Positions 10,894 to 23,433 are shown, counted from the first letter of the whole stretch. The stretch: DNA of 55,378 nt, filler included, from Basidiobolus ranarum (GCA_040143965.1; 3 parts of 3 records of this genome joined end to end with filler, not necessarily neighbours in it); one strand, 5' to 3'. Made by a program: numbers and translations. Notes: generated by a model from the letters alone, not told the origin.

Positions 10894-13554
10894 ATGGCTA
10901 AGTCTACCTATTTCCGTTCAGAAGAAATGTCTCTAGTTCAGTTATACATCCCGGCTGAAATTGCCCGCACGACAGTCTCTCATTTGGGAAATCATGGGCT
11001 GATCCAGTTCCGTGACCTCAATCCAAGTTTAAGTGCTTTCCAACGAGCTTTTACTGACGATATCAAAAGACTGAACGATTTGGAGAGGCAACTTGTGTTT
11101 TTATCGGAACAATGTGAAAAAGAACATACCCCCATTGCGCAAACTGATCTTGATGATCCTCAGATTAACCATACCATAGGTGTTCGCGAGATTAACGAGC
11201 TTCAGGAAGTGCTCTACGAACGCGAGAATCGAATTCATCATTTAAACGATTCCTATGAAGCGTTGTTGAAGCAACGTCAGGAGTTGCTCGAACATAAATA
11301 CGTTATTGAATTATCTGCTAACATCCATGGTGCTCAACAACAACAACGAAATGACCGAAACTCTTTTCAGACTACAAATACCAGCACCACTGACAACCCT
11401 CAAGCTCCTCTCTTTCCTGGTAACGATTTGGAGACTGGTAGGAATGATAGTGACAATAACATAAGTTTTGTTGCTGGTGTTATACCTCGTGATAAGATAA
11501 ATGTATTTGAGCGCATCCTATGGAGAACTCTCCGTGGTAACCTATATATGAATCAGTCTGAGATTGAAAATGCTTTTGATGATGTCAAAACTGATCGCGA
11601 AGAGCATAAGAATGTATTTATTATTTTTGCACACGGTCAGGAGCTTATTCATAAAATCAGAAAAACTGCTGACGCTATGGGTGCTTCTTTGTATCCCGTT
11701 GAAGAAAATGATATCCAAAGAGGCATCAAACTACTTGAAATCGATGATAAAATTAAGGATTTGGACACTATTATTGCATCCACTAACGAAACCCGTCGCA
11801 GTGAGCTCCAACAAACAGCTCATAACTTGCCTACTTGGCTCATAACCCTTAAAAAAGAAAAAGCAATCCATCATATTTTAAACCTTTTTAACTACGACCC
11901 CAATCGTAGAGCCTTGATCGCCGAAGGTTGGTGCCCTACTATAGACCTGGGTACAGTTCAGAACTCCCTCAAGCAAGCGGCTGACGAATCTGGTTCACCA
12001 GTATATCCTATTATGAACCAAGTTGGTACTAACCGCAAGCCACCTACTTATCATAGAACTAACAAATTCACTGACGGATTCCAAAATATTGTGGATGCCT
12101 ACGGTGTCGCTAGATATCGAGAAGTTAACCCTGGCTTATTTACTGTCATTACGTTTCCTTTCCTTTTCGCTGTGATGTTTGGGGATTTCGGTCATGGGAT
12201 ATTTATGTCTCTTGCAGCTCTCTACCTTGTACTGAAAGAACAGAAATTGAAGAAAGTGGATGGTGGTGAAATATTTGCCATGATGTTCAGCGGTCGCTAT
12301 ATCATTCTATTGATGGGTCTCTTCTCTATTTATACTGGCTTAATCTACAACGATTTATTTTCTAAAGCTGTAGCTTGGTTCCCGAGTGGTTTTGCATGGC
12401 CTACCCAATTTGTAGCAGATAAGCCGGTTGATGCTATCAGCACGGGAAGAACTTACGCTTTTGGTTTAGATTACATGTGGCATGGAGCCGATAATTATCT
12501 GATTTTTACAAACTCATACAAGATGAAGATGTCGGTGATTCTTGGTGTTCTACAGATGTCGTTTGGTATCAGTCTTTCCCTATTTAATCATATTCATTTT
12601 AACCAAAAGTTTGCAATTTGGGCGGAATTCATCCCACAAATCCTATTCCTGTTATGTATTTTTGGCTATCTATGTGTTACCATTATTTACAAATGGTTGA
12701 TTAACTGGTCTACCAAAAGTATCAGTCCACCGAGTTTATTGAACATGCTGATATATATGTTTCTAAGCCCAGGAAGTGTCGATAACGCTAACTTACTATT
12801 CAAAGGTCAAGCAACTGTTCAACTTGTTTTGATCTTTATTGCGGTTATTTGTATTCCGTGGATGCTGTTGGCCAAACCTTTTGTTCTTAAGAGGCTACAT
12901 ACCCGCGAAATTCGTAACGGAAAGGTGACAGATGTCACTGCACACCAAGCAAACAAAACTGGCGACCCACATGACCTAAACCCTACGAATGACAACCGAA
13001 AACACTCTGATGAGATAGAAATTAGTAACTCTACAGGTTCTAGTCGGGCTGGTAGTGTCACACATCACAATCTTGCCAAAAGTGATAAAAATCATAATAC
13101 AGCTAAAGATTTGGGCACATATGAAATAAGTAACCCTATGGTGGCTGAGGAAATGGAAGCAGAAGAACCTTTCGAATTCAGCGATGTTATGATTCATCAA
13201 ATAATCCATACCATTGAGTTTTGCTTGGGATGTATCTCTAATACAGCTTCTTACCTTCGTCTCTGGGCTTTATCACTTGCTCATAACCAACTATCCGCCG
13301 TGCTTTGGGAAATGATTATCGATAATACAATTAGTCTCAAATTCCCACTCAATATCGTTGGTGCTTGGGCAGGGTTTGCCGTTTGGTTTGTGTTAACGAT
13401 TAGTATATTGTTAATTATGGAGGGCCTGTCGGCTTTCCTTCACGCTCTTCGTTTGCACTGGGTCGAATTCAACAACAAATTTTATGAAGGCTCTGGTTTC
13501 AAGTATGCACCATTTTCATTTCGCTCCATTTTAAAAGGGGATGATGACCAATAA
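10894..13554 (+). CDS. VPH1: V-type H+-ATPase V0 subunit a (Vph1/Stv1 family), single exon
   Basis: 886-aa ORF with FRSEEMSLVQLY, PPTYHRTNKFT, FPFLFAVMFGDFGHG, NSYKMKMS, SNTASYLRLWALSLAH (essential Arg) and LRLHWVEF. Confidence 0.97.
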   Translation: MAKSTYFRSEEMSLVQLYIPAEIARTTVSHLGNHGLIQFRDLNPSLSAFQRAFTDDIKRLNDLERQLVFLSEQCEKEHTPIAQTDLDDPQINHTIGVREINELQEVLYERENRIHHLNDSYEALLKQRQELLEHKYVIELSANIHGAQQQQRNDRNSFQTTNTSTTDNPQAPLFPGNDLETGRNDSDNNISFVAGVIPRDKINVFERILWRTLRGNLYMNQSEIENAFDDVKTDREEHKNVFIIFAHGQELIHKIRKTADAMGASLYPVEENDIQRGIKLLEIDDKIKDLDTIIASTNETRRSELQQTAHNLPTWLITLKKEKAIHHILNLFNYDPNRRALIAEGWCPTIDLGTVQNSLKQAADESGSPVYPIMNQVGTNRKPPTYHRTNKFTDGFQNIVDAYGVARYREVNPGLFTVITFPFLFAVMFGDFGHGIFMSLAALYLVLKEQKLKKVDGGEIFAMMFSGRYIILLMGLFSIYTGLIYNDLFSKAVAWFPSGFAWPTQFVADKPVDAISTGRTYAFGLDYMWHGADNYLIFTNSYKMKMSVILGVLQMSFGISLSLFNHIHFNQKFAIWAEFIPQILFLLCIFGYLCVTIIYKWLINWSTKSISPPSLLNMLIYMFLSPGSVDNANLLFKGQATVQLVLIFIAVICIPWMLLAKPFVLKRLHTREIRNGKVTDVTAHQANKTGDPHDLNPTNDNRKHSDEIEISNSTGSSRAGSVTHHNLAKSDKNHNTAKDLGTYEISNPMVAEEMEAEEPFEFSDVMIHQIIHTIEFCLGCISNTASYLRLWALSLAHNQLSAVLWEMIIDNTISLKFPLNIVGAWAGFAVWFVLTISILLIMEGLSAFLHALRLHWVEFNNKFYEGSGFKYAPFSFRSILKGDDDQ

Positions 13555-15205
13555 CCGATATCTATGATATATGTAATCTACACAATTCAACTAAATAAAA
13601 TAGCATAAAATATTAGCGCGTAAAAACATAATTTCAATAATCAGGTACACCGGTATGCTACACATCTTAAAGAAAGCACCTTCCAACTTACCGGTCACTA
13701 AACAGTCACAAACGATAACTCTCCTAGCAAAAAAGCATGCATAAATATAAATAACAAGGTAGTATTGATATTGATCACCGCATTGAATCCTGCACATTCT
13801 GACTTTATAAGCGATGTGCAAAGGAGTCACTGTATAAGCCTGATGAGGTGAATACCGTGCATTTCATTCATTACATACAATTTCAGGACTCTCGTCCAGC
13901 TTTCTAGGCCTTATTATCATCAGCAATCCTTGCCTATGTATTTTTGCTAGCACATCCCTCCTACTGTATGAACTCGGATCGTAATATAATCATCTGAATC
14001 CGGTGTGACCAATCAACTAAAGCAGCTATGAGATGAGAAGAAACTGTGTAATTCCAGTCAATGAGGGAAGGTGAAACCAGAGAATCCATATTTCTGCACA
14101 ATTAACCAAGTCAAAGTATGTGGATAAAAAAATCAGAACATTCAACTATATATATGTGGTATAGAAAGAGTAACAATGCAGTATACATCGACTGATCAGT
14201 GATAACTGCTCATCTGTCTACTGGTAACTCTGATAGGCACGTATTTGAGTGTACATGTCATTGAGTATCAATAAACAAGATAGACGGTTGGATCAGTGAC
14301 GGTGGCTTGGAACACGAACGTTGAGCCTTGAACCTGTTTCAAAAATCGGGTTTCATCTGCTAAAGATCTAGTAGCACCCAACCAATCTTCCAGCAGTCTT
14401 GATGGTTTCACCATTAGCCTAGTTTTAGTTTTTATCACTATTCTTGTGCAAACTATTGGTTGGAAACAAATATGCCATTCTTAGTCCATGTAACTGGGAA
14501 ATATCCTGAACCCGTAGATTAACTGCTGGGAAATCGATTATAACCTGCAATGAAATCGGATTCTTGATGATCACTCATCAGCCTTTAATACATTACATTT
14601 AATATAACGACAACACGCACACTTGCTATATTAGGCTAACAGAGACCCTCTGCTACTTGAAACAAAGAGAAGATACTGTGCGTAATACTTTTAATATGGT
14701 ATAAGTATACTGTGTATCTATTCCAAAAAATCTGTGGAACCAAAGGCTTGGCACAAATCATGTGTGCTTATTTCCCTAAGTAGCCTTACCTTACTATCTA
14801 CTAGTATCAAGTCAAATAAAATTTTAACATTACACAAGACTTATCACGAAACTGAATATAGGACAGGTATCACAATAATTGGGGAATTATATATGATTAG
14901 GAAAGATTTCAATCATTGTATAGTTTTTAATATTGGAGTTTTTTCAATACATGCTATGCTCGCTATTGTATCTTATAATACAAGATTGTTCATCATGAAC
15001 GTAACGTATTGTATTCTCGACGGCGTGATCTAAAATTCCTTCTATAGCCAGAGTGATCTATAATCCTATCTTTCACTTCTATCTTGCTAGTCTGTCATTA
15101 CTGAAAATCGCAGAGCGTCTCACAACCACCATTTTTACTTAGCGACTCCTACAGCTGCATATAGTAGCTTTCAAAAACTCAACAATAGAGAAATCTTTTC
15201 GTTGA

Positions 15206-18200
15206 ATGCCTTCCGGTTTAAATCCTCCTTCTAATTTATCCGTCTTTAATGAGAGACGTAACTCAATTCAAAATCCCCCTACCCAGAATGAGCTCAATAT
15301 CTCAATCGAAGAAAACGGTACTTCCACACACATAACACCTACCGCTGATTCAGGGGTACATCGTTCAGCATCGGATTCTCCTGAAATTTTACTAGCTTCT
15401 ACGAGCAACAATCCTACAATTAGTCTAACAAATGCTGAAAATACTTATACTGATAATACTGTTGTAAATAACTCAAATATAGCGTCTATTACAGGACGTA
15501 ATAATAGTAGTTCTCAAATTCATCGACTACGTGTTACAAGACAACCTCTTTCGAGTTTAGTTATCCCAACCACATACGTGAATCAACATGCTGTTCCGGA
15601 GTTTGAAGAAACAGAACCCATTTCTAAATACTCGGATACTTTGGAGAGAAAATCGTCGTTAAATTCACCGAGTTCAGTATTCCTCGATCCCTTCATACCA
15701 CAAAGAAGCAATTCAATAGATTCTCGTGAATCCATTTCTAGTTGGAGAGGTCACTCTTCCACTCAACGTTCCGCTAGTACATCCAGCTCACAGAAGCATT
15801 ATAGCTCTGTGTGGGACTATACACCAACTGAGACACCGAACAAGCCGATTGTGTTGAATTCGGGTGTAGGTATGGGAAACCCGAGCCCGGAAAATCGACG
15901 TCAACGTACTGCGCGACAATCTCTCGCCAAGCTGGTGATATCAGCTTCTTCACGAGTTGTTGGATCTCATTCCGCTGAAAATTCTGACTCTCAAGCCTCT
16001 GACGGTTCAAATCCGAACTCTCCTATTTCACCGCTGAGTTCTGAACTTATCACACAACCCTCAGAAAGTCCAAGGGTTCTACAAGCCAAAGAACTTCCTG
16101 TTCAAAGCCCTTCATCGTTTACGCCCTCCAATCCTGTGCATCTTAATGCCGAACGTTGTATTCGTTTAGAAGGAAAATCTTTATATATATTTGGCCCTAC
16201 AAGTAGGTTAAGACAGGTTTTATCACGTGTACTAATTTATAGGTATGTTTTGGTATCCATTCATTTACACCGAGATTATATACTTATTCAATATCATCCT
16301 TGGCAGATGGACGGAGCCCTTTGTCTGTTTCCTCATCCTACTAAATTGGATTATTCTCGCCTGGAGCTCAAGAGAGGAAAGTAATCGATTTGTATTTGGA
16401 GATAATTGGGAGGATTATGCTCAATTGGTTGTGTATAGTCTCTTCACGTAAGTCTGGTTTTATGCTAAAGCCATATTAATTTCTTCTACTTAAATCTCTT
16501 TGTTTCTGTTTAGACTTGAGGCTGCAGCTCGAATCATTGTTTACGGATTCATTATAGATCCGAAGCCTCCTCAAAAAGATTTTAGTAGTAAATCTTCCTC
16601 CATTGTTATTCGCCCCGAGAAAGCTGATGATAGCCTCCTTTTCGGGAAAGATGGAGAGAGGTTTACGCAAAAACTTCCTGAGAAAGTCACGAATCCACAA
16701 ACCTCCATCCCTAGGGCTTTTTTAAGACACAGTTACAATCGTCTTGACCTCATTGTGGTCGTTAGCTTTTGGATTGATTTTATTTTAACTCTGCATGGTG
16801 ATGGGAAATTTACTCTTTTTAAAGGCCTCTGCGCCTTGAGACCTATTCGTTTACTGATGATGACCGGTGGATTATCAGTTATTCAGAACTCTCTGAAGAT
16901 GAGTTTTCCAATCTTGGTTACTGTGGCAATGTTTATTTGCTATTTCTTTGTTCTGTTTGGTATCATTGGGGTTCACGCTTTTAAGGGTTCTCTTTCACGC
17001 AGATGCATTTTGATTGATGAAAATGGAACAGGCAAGTATTCTTGATTGTTTGTATACAGTCCATATTAGAATTAACCGAATACAATTCAAATTCCCCTGC
17101 GTAGAATTCCCTGCTCTCCCCGAACGTACTTGTGGCGGTTGGTACAATGGAACGATTGCTATGGCAGTAGCAAATGGTCCAAATGATCTGTCGAAAGGCT
17201 ATATTTGTCCAAATGGACAGATATGCATGAACAAAGAAAATCCTGAGCATGGACTTGTTAACTTCGACAACATCTTCTATGCTACTTTGAATGTTTTTGT
17301 AGTAATCGCTACTGAAGGTTGGACAGATATCATGTATTATGCGATGGATTCAGAATATGGAATGATTACTGCTATATACTTTTGTGCTTTAATATTTATC
17401 ATCACTTTTTTTATCATCCAGTTATTCATTGGTACGTACATTACTCTTGCTTTTCAGAACATACTAATTGTATTAACTCACGTACAAATTCTCGTTTATA
17501 TAGCCTCTATTGTCGACACTTTTGCGAAGATTCGAGCAAACAACAAAAACAGAAGCGCCTTTACATTGAACAAAGCAACTAGAATTCTTAAAGATACAGC
17601 TGAGGGATGGGCCTTTGAAGATGATAAGCAATTCCCTCATAAAAACGCATTATGGGTTATCATTCATCGATTTGTGTACAATCAAGTGTTCCCTTATTGT
17701 GGCGCCTTAGCAGTTACTGTTGACTTGATTGCAATGTCTTTGAGAAATGAAGACTCTTCTTCGGATCAAATTATGGCTTTGGATCATATCGAACTCATCT
17801 TCACTATTTTGTTCGCCGTAGAGATAGTCCTTAGATTGGTTGCTGCCGTGTCTTTTCGCCAATTTTGGCGTCAGGTAAACAATCGAGTGGATCTTTTCTT
17901 AGCGATTGCAACTTGTATAGTGATTACACCATATATACGGTCAAGTGAAATATATCGTTATTTGACAGTCTTCCAAGTGATGAGATCTTATCGTGTAGTA
18001 CTTTGTGTTCCTCGAGTCAATCAATTGGTACGCAAAGTATTTGGAAGCGCAATGGGAATCTGGAATCTACTACTGTATACGGCACTTTTCATATTGTTCT
18101 CCGCATCTGTTGCTGAGCAATTATTCTCAGGAACCTTCAATTTTCCCGATGAGCAGGACGATCCATACTTAAGCTTCGATACCATCGGTGAAGGATTCAT

Positions 18201-18419
18201 TGCTTTATTCCAAATCTTGACTGGTGAAGATTGGACTGAACTGTTATGGAACACCATGCGATCGCAAAGCGGAATTATGATATTTGTTGGCGCAATCTTC
18301 TGTGTAATATATTATTTCTATTCTCATTTCATAATTGTCAACTTGTTTGTAGCCGTCTTTCTTGAGAATTTCGAAATGGAAGAAGAAGAAAAACGACTAC
18401 AGCAGGTGCAAAATTATGT
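15206..18419 (+). CDS. CCH1: Four-domain Ca2+ channel alpha subunit (Cch1/NALCN clade), domains I-II only, truncated by contig end
   Basis: Ser-rich N-terminus, GKSLYIFGPTSRLR, AFLRHSYNRLDLIVVVSFWI, FKGSLSRRC, VNFDNI...ATEGWTDIMY (pore I), FQILTGEDWTE (pore II), NLFVAVFLENFEMEEEEKRLQQ. Four introns. Confidence 0.93.
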
Positions 18420-18519
18420 NNNNNNNNNNNNNNNNNNNNNNNNNNNNNNNNNNNNNNNNNNNNTTAATTAATTAANNNNNNNNNNNNNNNNNNNNNNNNN
18501 NNNNNNNNNNNNNNNNNNN
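18420..18519. other. Artificial contig linker (44 N + TTAATTAATTAA + 44 N)
   Basis: Six-frame stop spacer inside Ns; unrelated truncated genes on each side. Confidence 0.97.
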
Positions 18520-18736
18520 CAGTACCACCACCGTTTCCACCGTTGCCAGAGTCGTAGGCGCCAGCTCCATTACCGTCATTGCCATTATCTCCTCCATTTT
18601 CAGCATCACCGTTAAAGATATCCTTAACGTCGTATGCTCCATTCCCTCTTGCTTGTAACCTTGGGTTTAGTGCAGCTGCATTAATGGCGGCAATTCCAGA
18701 AAGAAGGCATAGTAACTTAGGGGCGGAAAATTTCAT
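18520..18736 (-). CDS. Secreted Gly/Asn-rich low-complexity protein, 3' truncated by contig end
   Basis: MKFSAPKLLCLLSGIAAINAAA signal peptide, LQAR pro-site, then GNGAYD...GNGAGAYDSGNGGNGGG. TATAAATA on the minus strand near 18831-18838. Confidence 0.8.
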
Positions 18737-19808
18737 TTTAGGAGCTGTAGTGTTGTAGAAAGTATCAAGTCGGTTCTATAAAATCTAAAGAAAACCTATG
18801 GATAGTTTTTCTGGATGGACTGGTAGTTACTATTTATATTCTTGTATTTCTATGATCTATCACTTTCTTTACCCCTTACTGACAGAATTATCATTTCTCC
18901 TATATCTGAGATGCGTACGCATGGGGTCAGGGCACAAATATTTATAATTGAAATTCACCCACCCCACATTCACAGTTTCACCCTATATTTCTACTCTCTA
19001 TTTAAAAATATACATATCTGACTGATAAATAATACAATACTGTGAATCGTTTCAATCATTGACTTCTTACCAAATCTATAAGAGTCTTGAACAATATGAC
19101 CAAGGGGCCTCATACGGGCTTAGGCCAACTAAGTAGTTTCACCCATGGTTTGAAAGTTTTTCACTGTATAGAGTTAACGCCACAAGTGAATTTTAAGCAT
19201 GAATATACAACAAAACTTCAATTAATGCAAGAAAGGGTCGGATTAAGCCTGACTACTTATAGCATGCAGTAAGCGAAAACTTCTTCGTACGATTTAGTTT
19301 TTAGGATGAAGGTTAGGCTTGGGGTTAGGGTTAGTGTAGTGAAGTAAATCCTACAACTTGGCTCAGTGTGGTGAAGTAGATTCCTAAATGGATTCCTGTG
19401 AAAAGACTGATGAAAGACCGATATAATGTTTAATCGATTTGGTGTACTTGGTCAAATTAATTTGAATCTGACAGCGAGTGACATGCTTGAGTGAATTCTC
19501 TCAAGACTCACTGAGGTAAGGATAGGTAGGTGCTTGATTACAAAATACCTCGTTTCCAGTCATATTCTATGTCATTGTGAAGGACTTGACTAGCGCGCTC
19601 AATGCATGTGCTTAATTACTCGACGTTACCCTTCAAGGAAAAGTAAGCATCGCTGAAAGTCAATTGATCAGATTAGACAAATGCGGGAATATAACAAGCA
19701 ATCATCCAAATATGTTCTGTTTGTCCGGATTATTCAGAATGTGGATAAATACTATACATTGAGCTATAAAACAGTGCGATTCCTGCTATTGTATTTAAGA
19801 ACTCTATC

Positions 19809-20349
19809 ATGACTGAACTTTTGCTGGTATCTGTGGCGCTCTTCGTAAGGACTCTTGGAACATGCAACTCCTTGTAGAAGCCAAACGATTAGCACCCAAA
19901 GGATCTGTGGTGGAGATTATTGATTGGTCTGAACTTTCAATTTACAATGGTGATCTTGAAGTAGAGCCGCCAAAGTCGATTATAGATTTTAAAAACGCAA
20001 TTGCCGCATGTGATGCAATTGTCATTGCAACTCCCGAGTATAATTTCTCAATTCCCGGCGCACTTAAGAATGACATTGACTGGGCCAGCCGTCCACTCGG
20101 AACTACGAATTCATTCTCTAGTAAAGCTTATGAGCGCTGGGCCAGGCGCCTATCCTGGTTCTAGTGGTGGTTATCGTGCTCAACTTCATTTACAACAGGT
20201 ACTTAGTATTCTTGACACACACCTTGTCAGCTTACCGATAATTTATGCTACCAGCGCTGGATGGTGAATTGACCAATGATCATACCCGTCAAAATATAGC
20301 CCTGAAGCTGAATAACCTTACCAGTCTTTCGAAGAAACTCAAACAATAA
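19809..20349 (+). pseudogene. Frameshifted NAD(P)H-dependent FMN reductase (ChrR/YieF-like flavodoxin fold), intronless
   Basis: FAGICGALRKDSWN, ATPEYNFSIPGALKNDIDWASRP, MSAGPG...GGYRAQLHLQQVL and DGELTNDHTRQ lie in different frames. Three frameshifts (~19820, ~20127, ~20259) and no intron-like spacing. Confidence 0.85.
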
Positions 20350-20920
20350 AGCTATTCTTAAAAGTCTTATTGTAACCAAATAGCCATCTAACTTTTGAAA
20401 CAATTCAATGACAAAAGGCAAATATAGAGCATTCTTGTTTAGTGCATTCTTGGGGCGTAAGATACACGTGGTAATTAAAGTTGAGGTCACAAAGCATCTA
20501 TTTTATTTACTATTCACTATTTCATTTACTATTTCACCTTTACACACCATCTATACCCACCCTTACCCATGCATTGTTAATCTAATTTGGATTCTATTGG
20601 AAAGGTGGTTGTGCTCGTGCTCATGCTAAGCATTTATTCTCAGTTTCCACTAATAGTAAGAATATTTGAACGAAGATGAAATAAAATTGCATGGGTAAAG
20701 TGTGAGAAATTACTATAGCTATATCGTAGAAATTATACATTAATTCCGCCACTCCATAAAGGTAAGATCAATAATATAAAACATCGATCTTTTTGGAAAA
20801 GTCTAGTAGGAATAAGAAATAGAAATTGATCTACTGATATGATAATCACCAATCAAAATCTAATGTCAAGTCTCGATAAAACCAAATGGTCCAACTGATA
20901 TAACTTGTGCATTTGTTGAC

Positions 20921-22894
20921 ATGACTGTAATGCTTGAGGAGAATTTGGCCGAACCACCAAAGGTTCTTACCATCGCGGGAAGTGATAGTGGAGGGTAGGT
21001 CTATACTAATGTTCTACCATACTCATTGCTAATGAACCGTTTTGTAGAGGTGCTGGTATTCAAGCTGACATCAAGACTTTCACCGCTTTGCAAGTGTATG
21101 GGTCTTCGGTTATTACTTCTGTCACTTCACAAAATACACTGACAGTTAATGGCATACAAGCACTCCCCTCCGAGTTTGTGATAAAGCAACTGAATACTGT
21201 ACTTTCCGATATTGGGGCCGAGGCAATCAAGACAGGTAAGTTGACTTTTCTTACGCTTTAGAAAGAAGAACTTCACACTTACATTGGTTACCAGGAATGC
21301 TCTTTAATAGCGAAATAATCGAAGGAGTTACAGAAGTCTTAAAGCAGTATGCTACCGATCAAGAACTTCAACTTGTAGTCGACCCAGTCATGGTTTCTGC
21401 ATCCGGTTCTACCCTAGTTGATCCCAAAGCTGTTCATGCAATGAAATACACGCTTTCCCCTATGGCCTACATTCTTACTCCTAATATCCATGAAGCTGAA
21501 CTATTGCTTAGCGATGATAATGAACCAAGAGTTACAAACTTGATTCAAACTTTGGAAGAAATGATATCTGCAGCAAAAAAACTGACTGCTCTAGGCCCTC
21601 GTGTTGTAGTTGTCAAAGGTGGCTCTATCGCTTTTGATGAGAATATGAAGAAGGTGGATGCCAACACGACTGACGGAAAACTCTTTGTCGTAGACATTTT
21701 TTATGATAGAGAATCCGACGAACTAATCCAATTGAAGAGGGAATACATCAGAACAAAAAACAACCATGGTACTGGATGCACCCTCAGTGCAGCTATTGCT
21801 GCTGGCCTTGGAAAAGGATTACCAGGTATTTAAGAATAGCAGGTAGTGCTGTTAGACACTATAGCCTACTAACTACTTGGTTAACTATAGCTAAAGAGGC
21901 TGTTTCCAAAGCCGTGGAGTATGTTCAGGCTGCAATAACAACTAGTTTTACTGTTGGTCAGGGCCATGGCCCATTGAATCATTTCCATGGACTTACCAGA
22001 CTTCCTCTCTCCCAGTAAGAATTTTATGATGTTTGACAGAAAATCTGATTTCGTTAATTAATATTTCGTGCTTTTACGTTAGCCCATCAGCTCTTGAGCC
22101 CTACCCGTTTACCAACCACCTTATTGGATCGAACCCTGAGCTATGGCATGACTTCACTCACCATCCCTTTGTACAGCAAATGGCTGATGGAACCCTTCCT
22201 CGGGAGTCATTTCTTCACTATATCAAGCAAGATTATATCTACCTTCAGCACTATGCTCGTGCGAATGCTTTAGCTAGCTACAAAGCTAGCACCATGGATG
22301 AGATTGTTGCGGCTGCACAGATCGTTATACATATTGCTCATGAAAGCCAACTTCATATCAAAGTAACTCGCAAATTACATTTACTCTCTTGCCATTTTTT
22401 TACTTTACTCAACAACTCAACATTTAGTACTGTGAACAATGGGGAATATCTTACGATGATATTATGAATACCGAAGAGAGCATGCAAAATGTCGCTTATA
22501 CACGTTATGTATTAGACAAGGGACATTCTGGAGGCGCATTAGACCTTCAAGTAGCGCTGGCACCTTGCTTGCTAGGTTATGGCGTCATAGGTATGCGTTT
22601 GTTCAATGATCCCAATACTAAAAGAGGTACAATACTATTACTTGCATTTTCTGGCTCTTGAACATTACTAACATTGCGATTTTAACCATAGATGGGAACC
22701 CATATTGGCCATGGATCCGAAACTATGCTGAAGATGATTTCCAACAAGCATGTAAAACTGGGATGAATCTCTTGGAAAAATATGCGGTTAAATTGGCACC
22801 GTCTGCTCATCATTTGGCTGATTTAGTAAAAATATTCAACGAAGCCACTAAATTAGAAATAGCATTCTGGCAGATGGGTCTTGACAGAAATTAA
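20921..22894 (+). CDS. THI20: HMP/HMP-P kinase fused to TenA thiaminase II (Thi20/21 type), multi-exon
   Basis: VLTIAGSDSGGGAGIQADIKT, VVDPVMV, LTPNIHEA, HGTGCTLSAAIA, GQGHGPLNHFH. TenA part: HPFV, YIKQDYIYLQHYAR, LAPCLLGY, NPYWPWI, EIAFWQMG. Confidence 0.95.
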
Positions 22895-23433
22895 TACCAA
22901 GATTTTGGGACATCTCGTTAAATAAAAGTCCCATTTCGACAAAACCTATAATTATACTAACCGATATGGCTAATAAGTTTATCATTTCGATAATTGCTAT
23001 CCTGAATCAGAAGTCACTATCCCAATCATTCTTACATCATCAATATCGGGGAATTGTGGCTGTTTGATCCAGAATCACCATCTACGTAGGCTATTTTGAC
23101 TAAGAAATGCACCTTTTGCCAAGACTTCTACGTATTTAACGCAATTTATTGCGGATGTCAAGATTAGTTAGTAATGCTTTAACCTCGTTTGATCAACAAA
23201 TCTGACATCGTTATTAAACAAATATTCAACATAGAATGGAATTAATTGCTTTTTCGAGAATTCATTAACTTTTAGCCAAGATGCTCAATCATTGGCGGAT
23301 GAGATATTTCTCGAGCCTCCCCACACTCTCGTCAATTACGTAGTATAAAACTTGAAAGTCTCTTGCGTGCTGTTCAACTTTGTAAACCCCTCTTACTCGC
23401 GTAACCCTTACTACACTTTCCACATAAAACCTA

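Noticed and set aside
13840-13860. Hammerhead-like CUGAUGA followed by a GGU-GAAU-ACC stem
   Set aside because: The required GAAA is GUGC, and stems I and III are not evident.
18420-18519. Apparent CCH1 truncation, ORFs running through Ns, and the PacI-like palindrome
   Set aside because: Artificial contig spacer with stops in all six frames. Adjacency across it, and across 36924-37023, is not biological evidence.
19333-19385. Imperfect ~20-bp direct repeat (agtgtagtgaagtaaatcct / agtgtggtgaagtagattcct)
   Set aside because: Only two degenerate copies; not CRISPR-like and no associated element.
20700-22894. TPP riboswitch at the thiamine salvage gene
   Set aside because: No CUGAGA/AUACC/UGAU aptamer core seen in the introns or upstream region.
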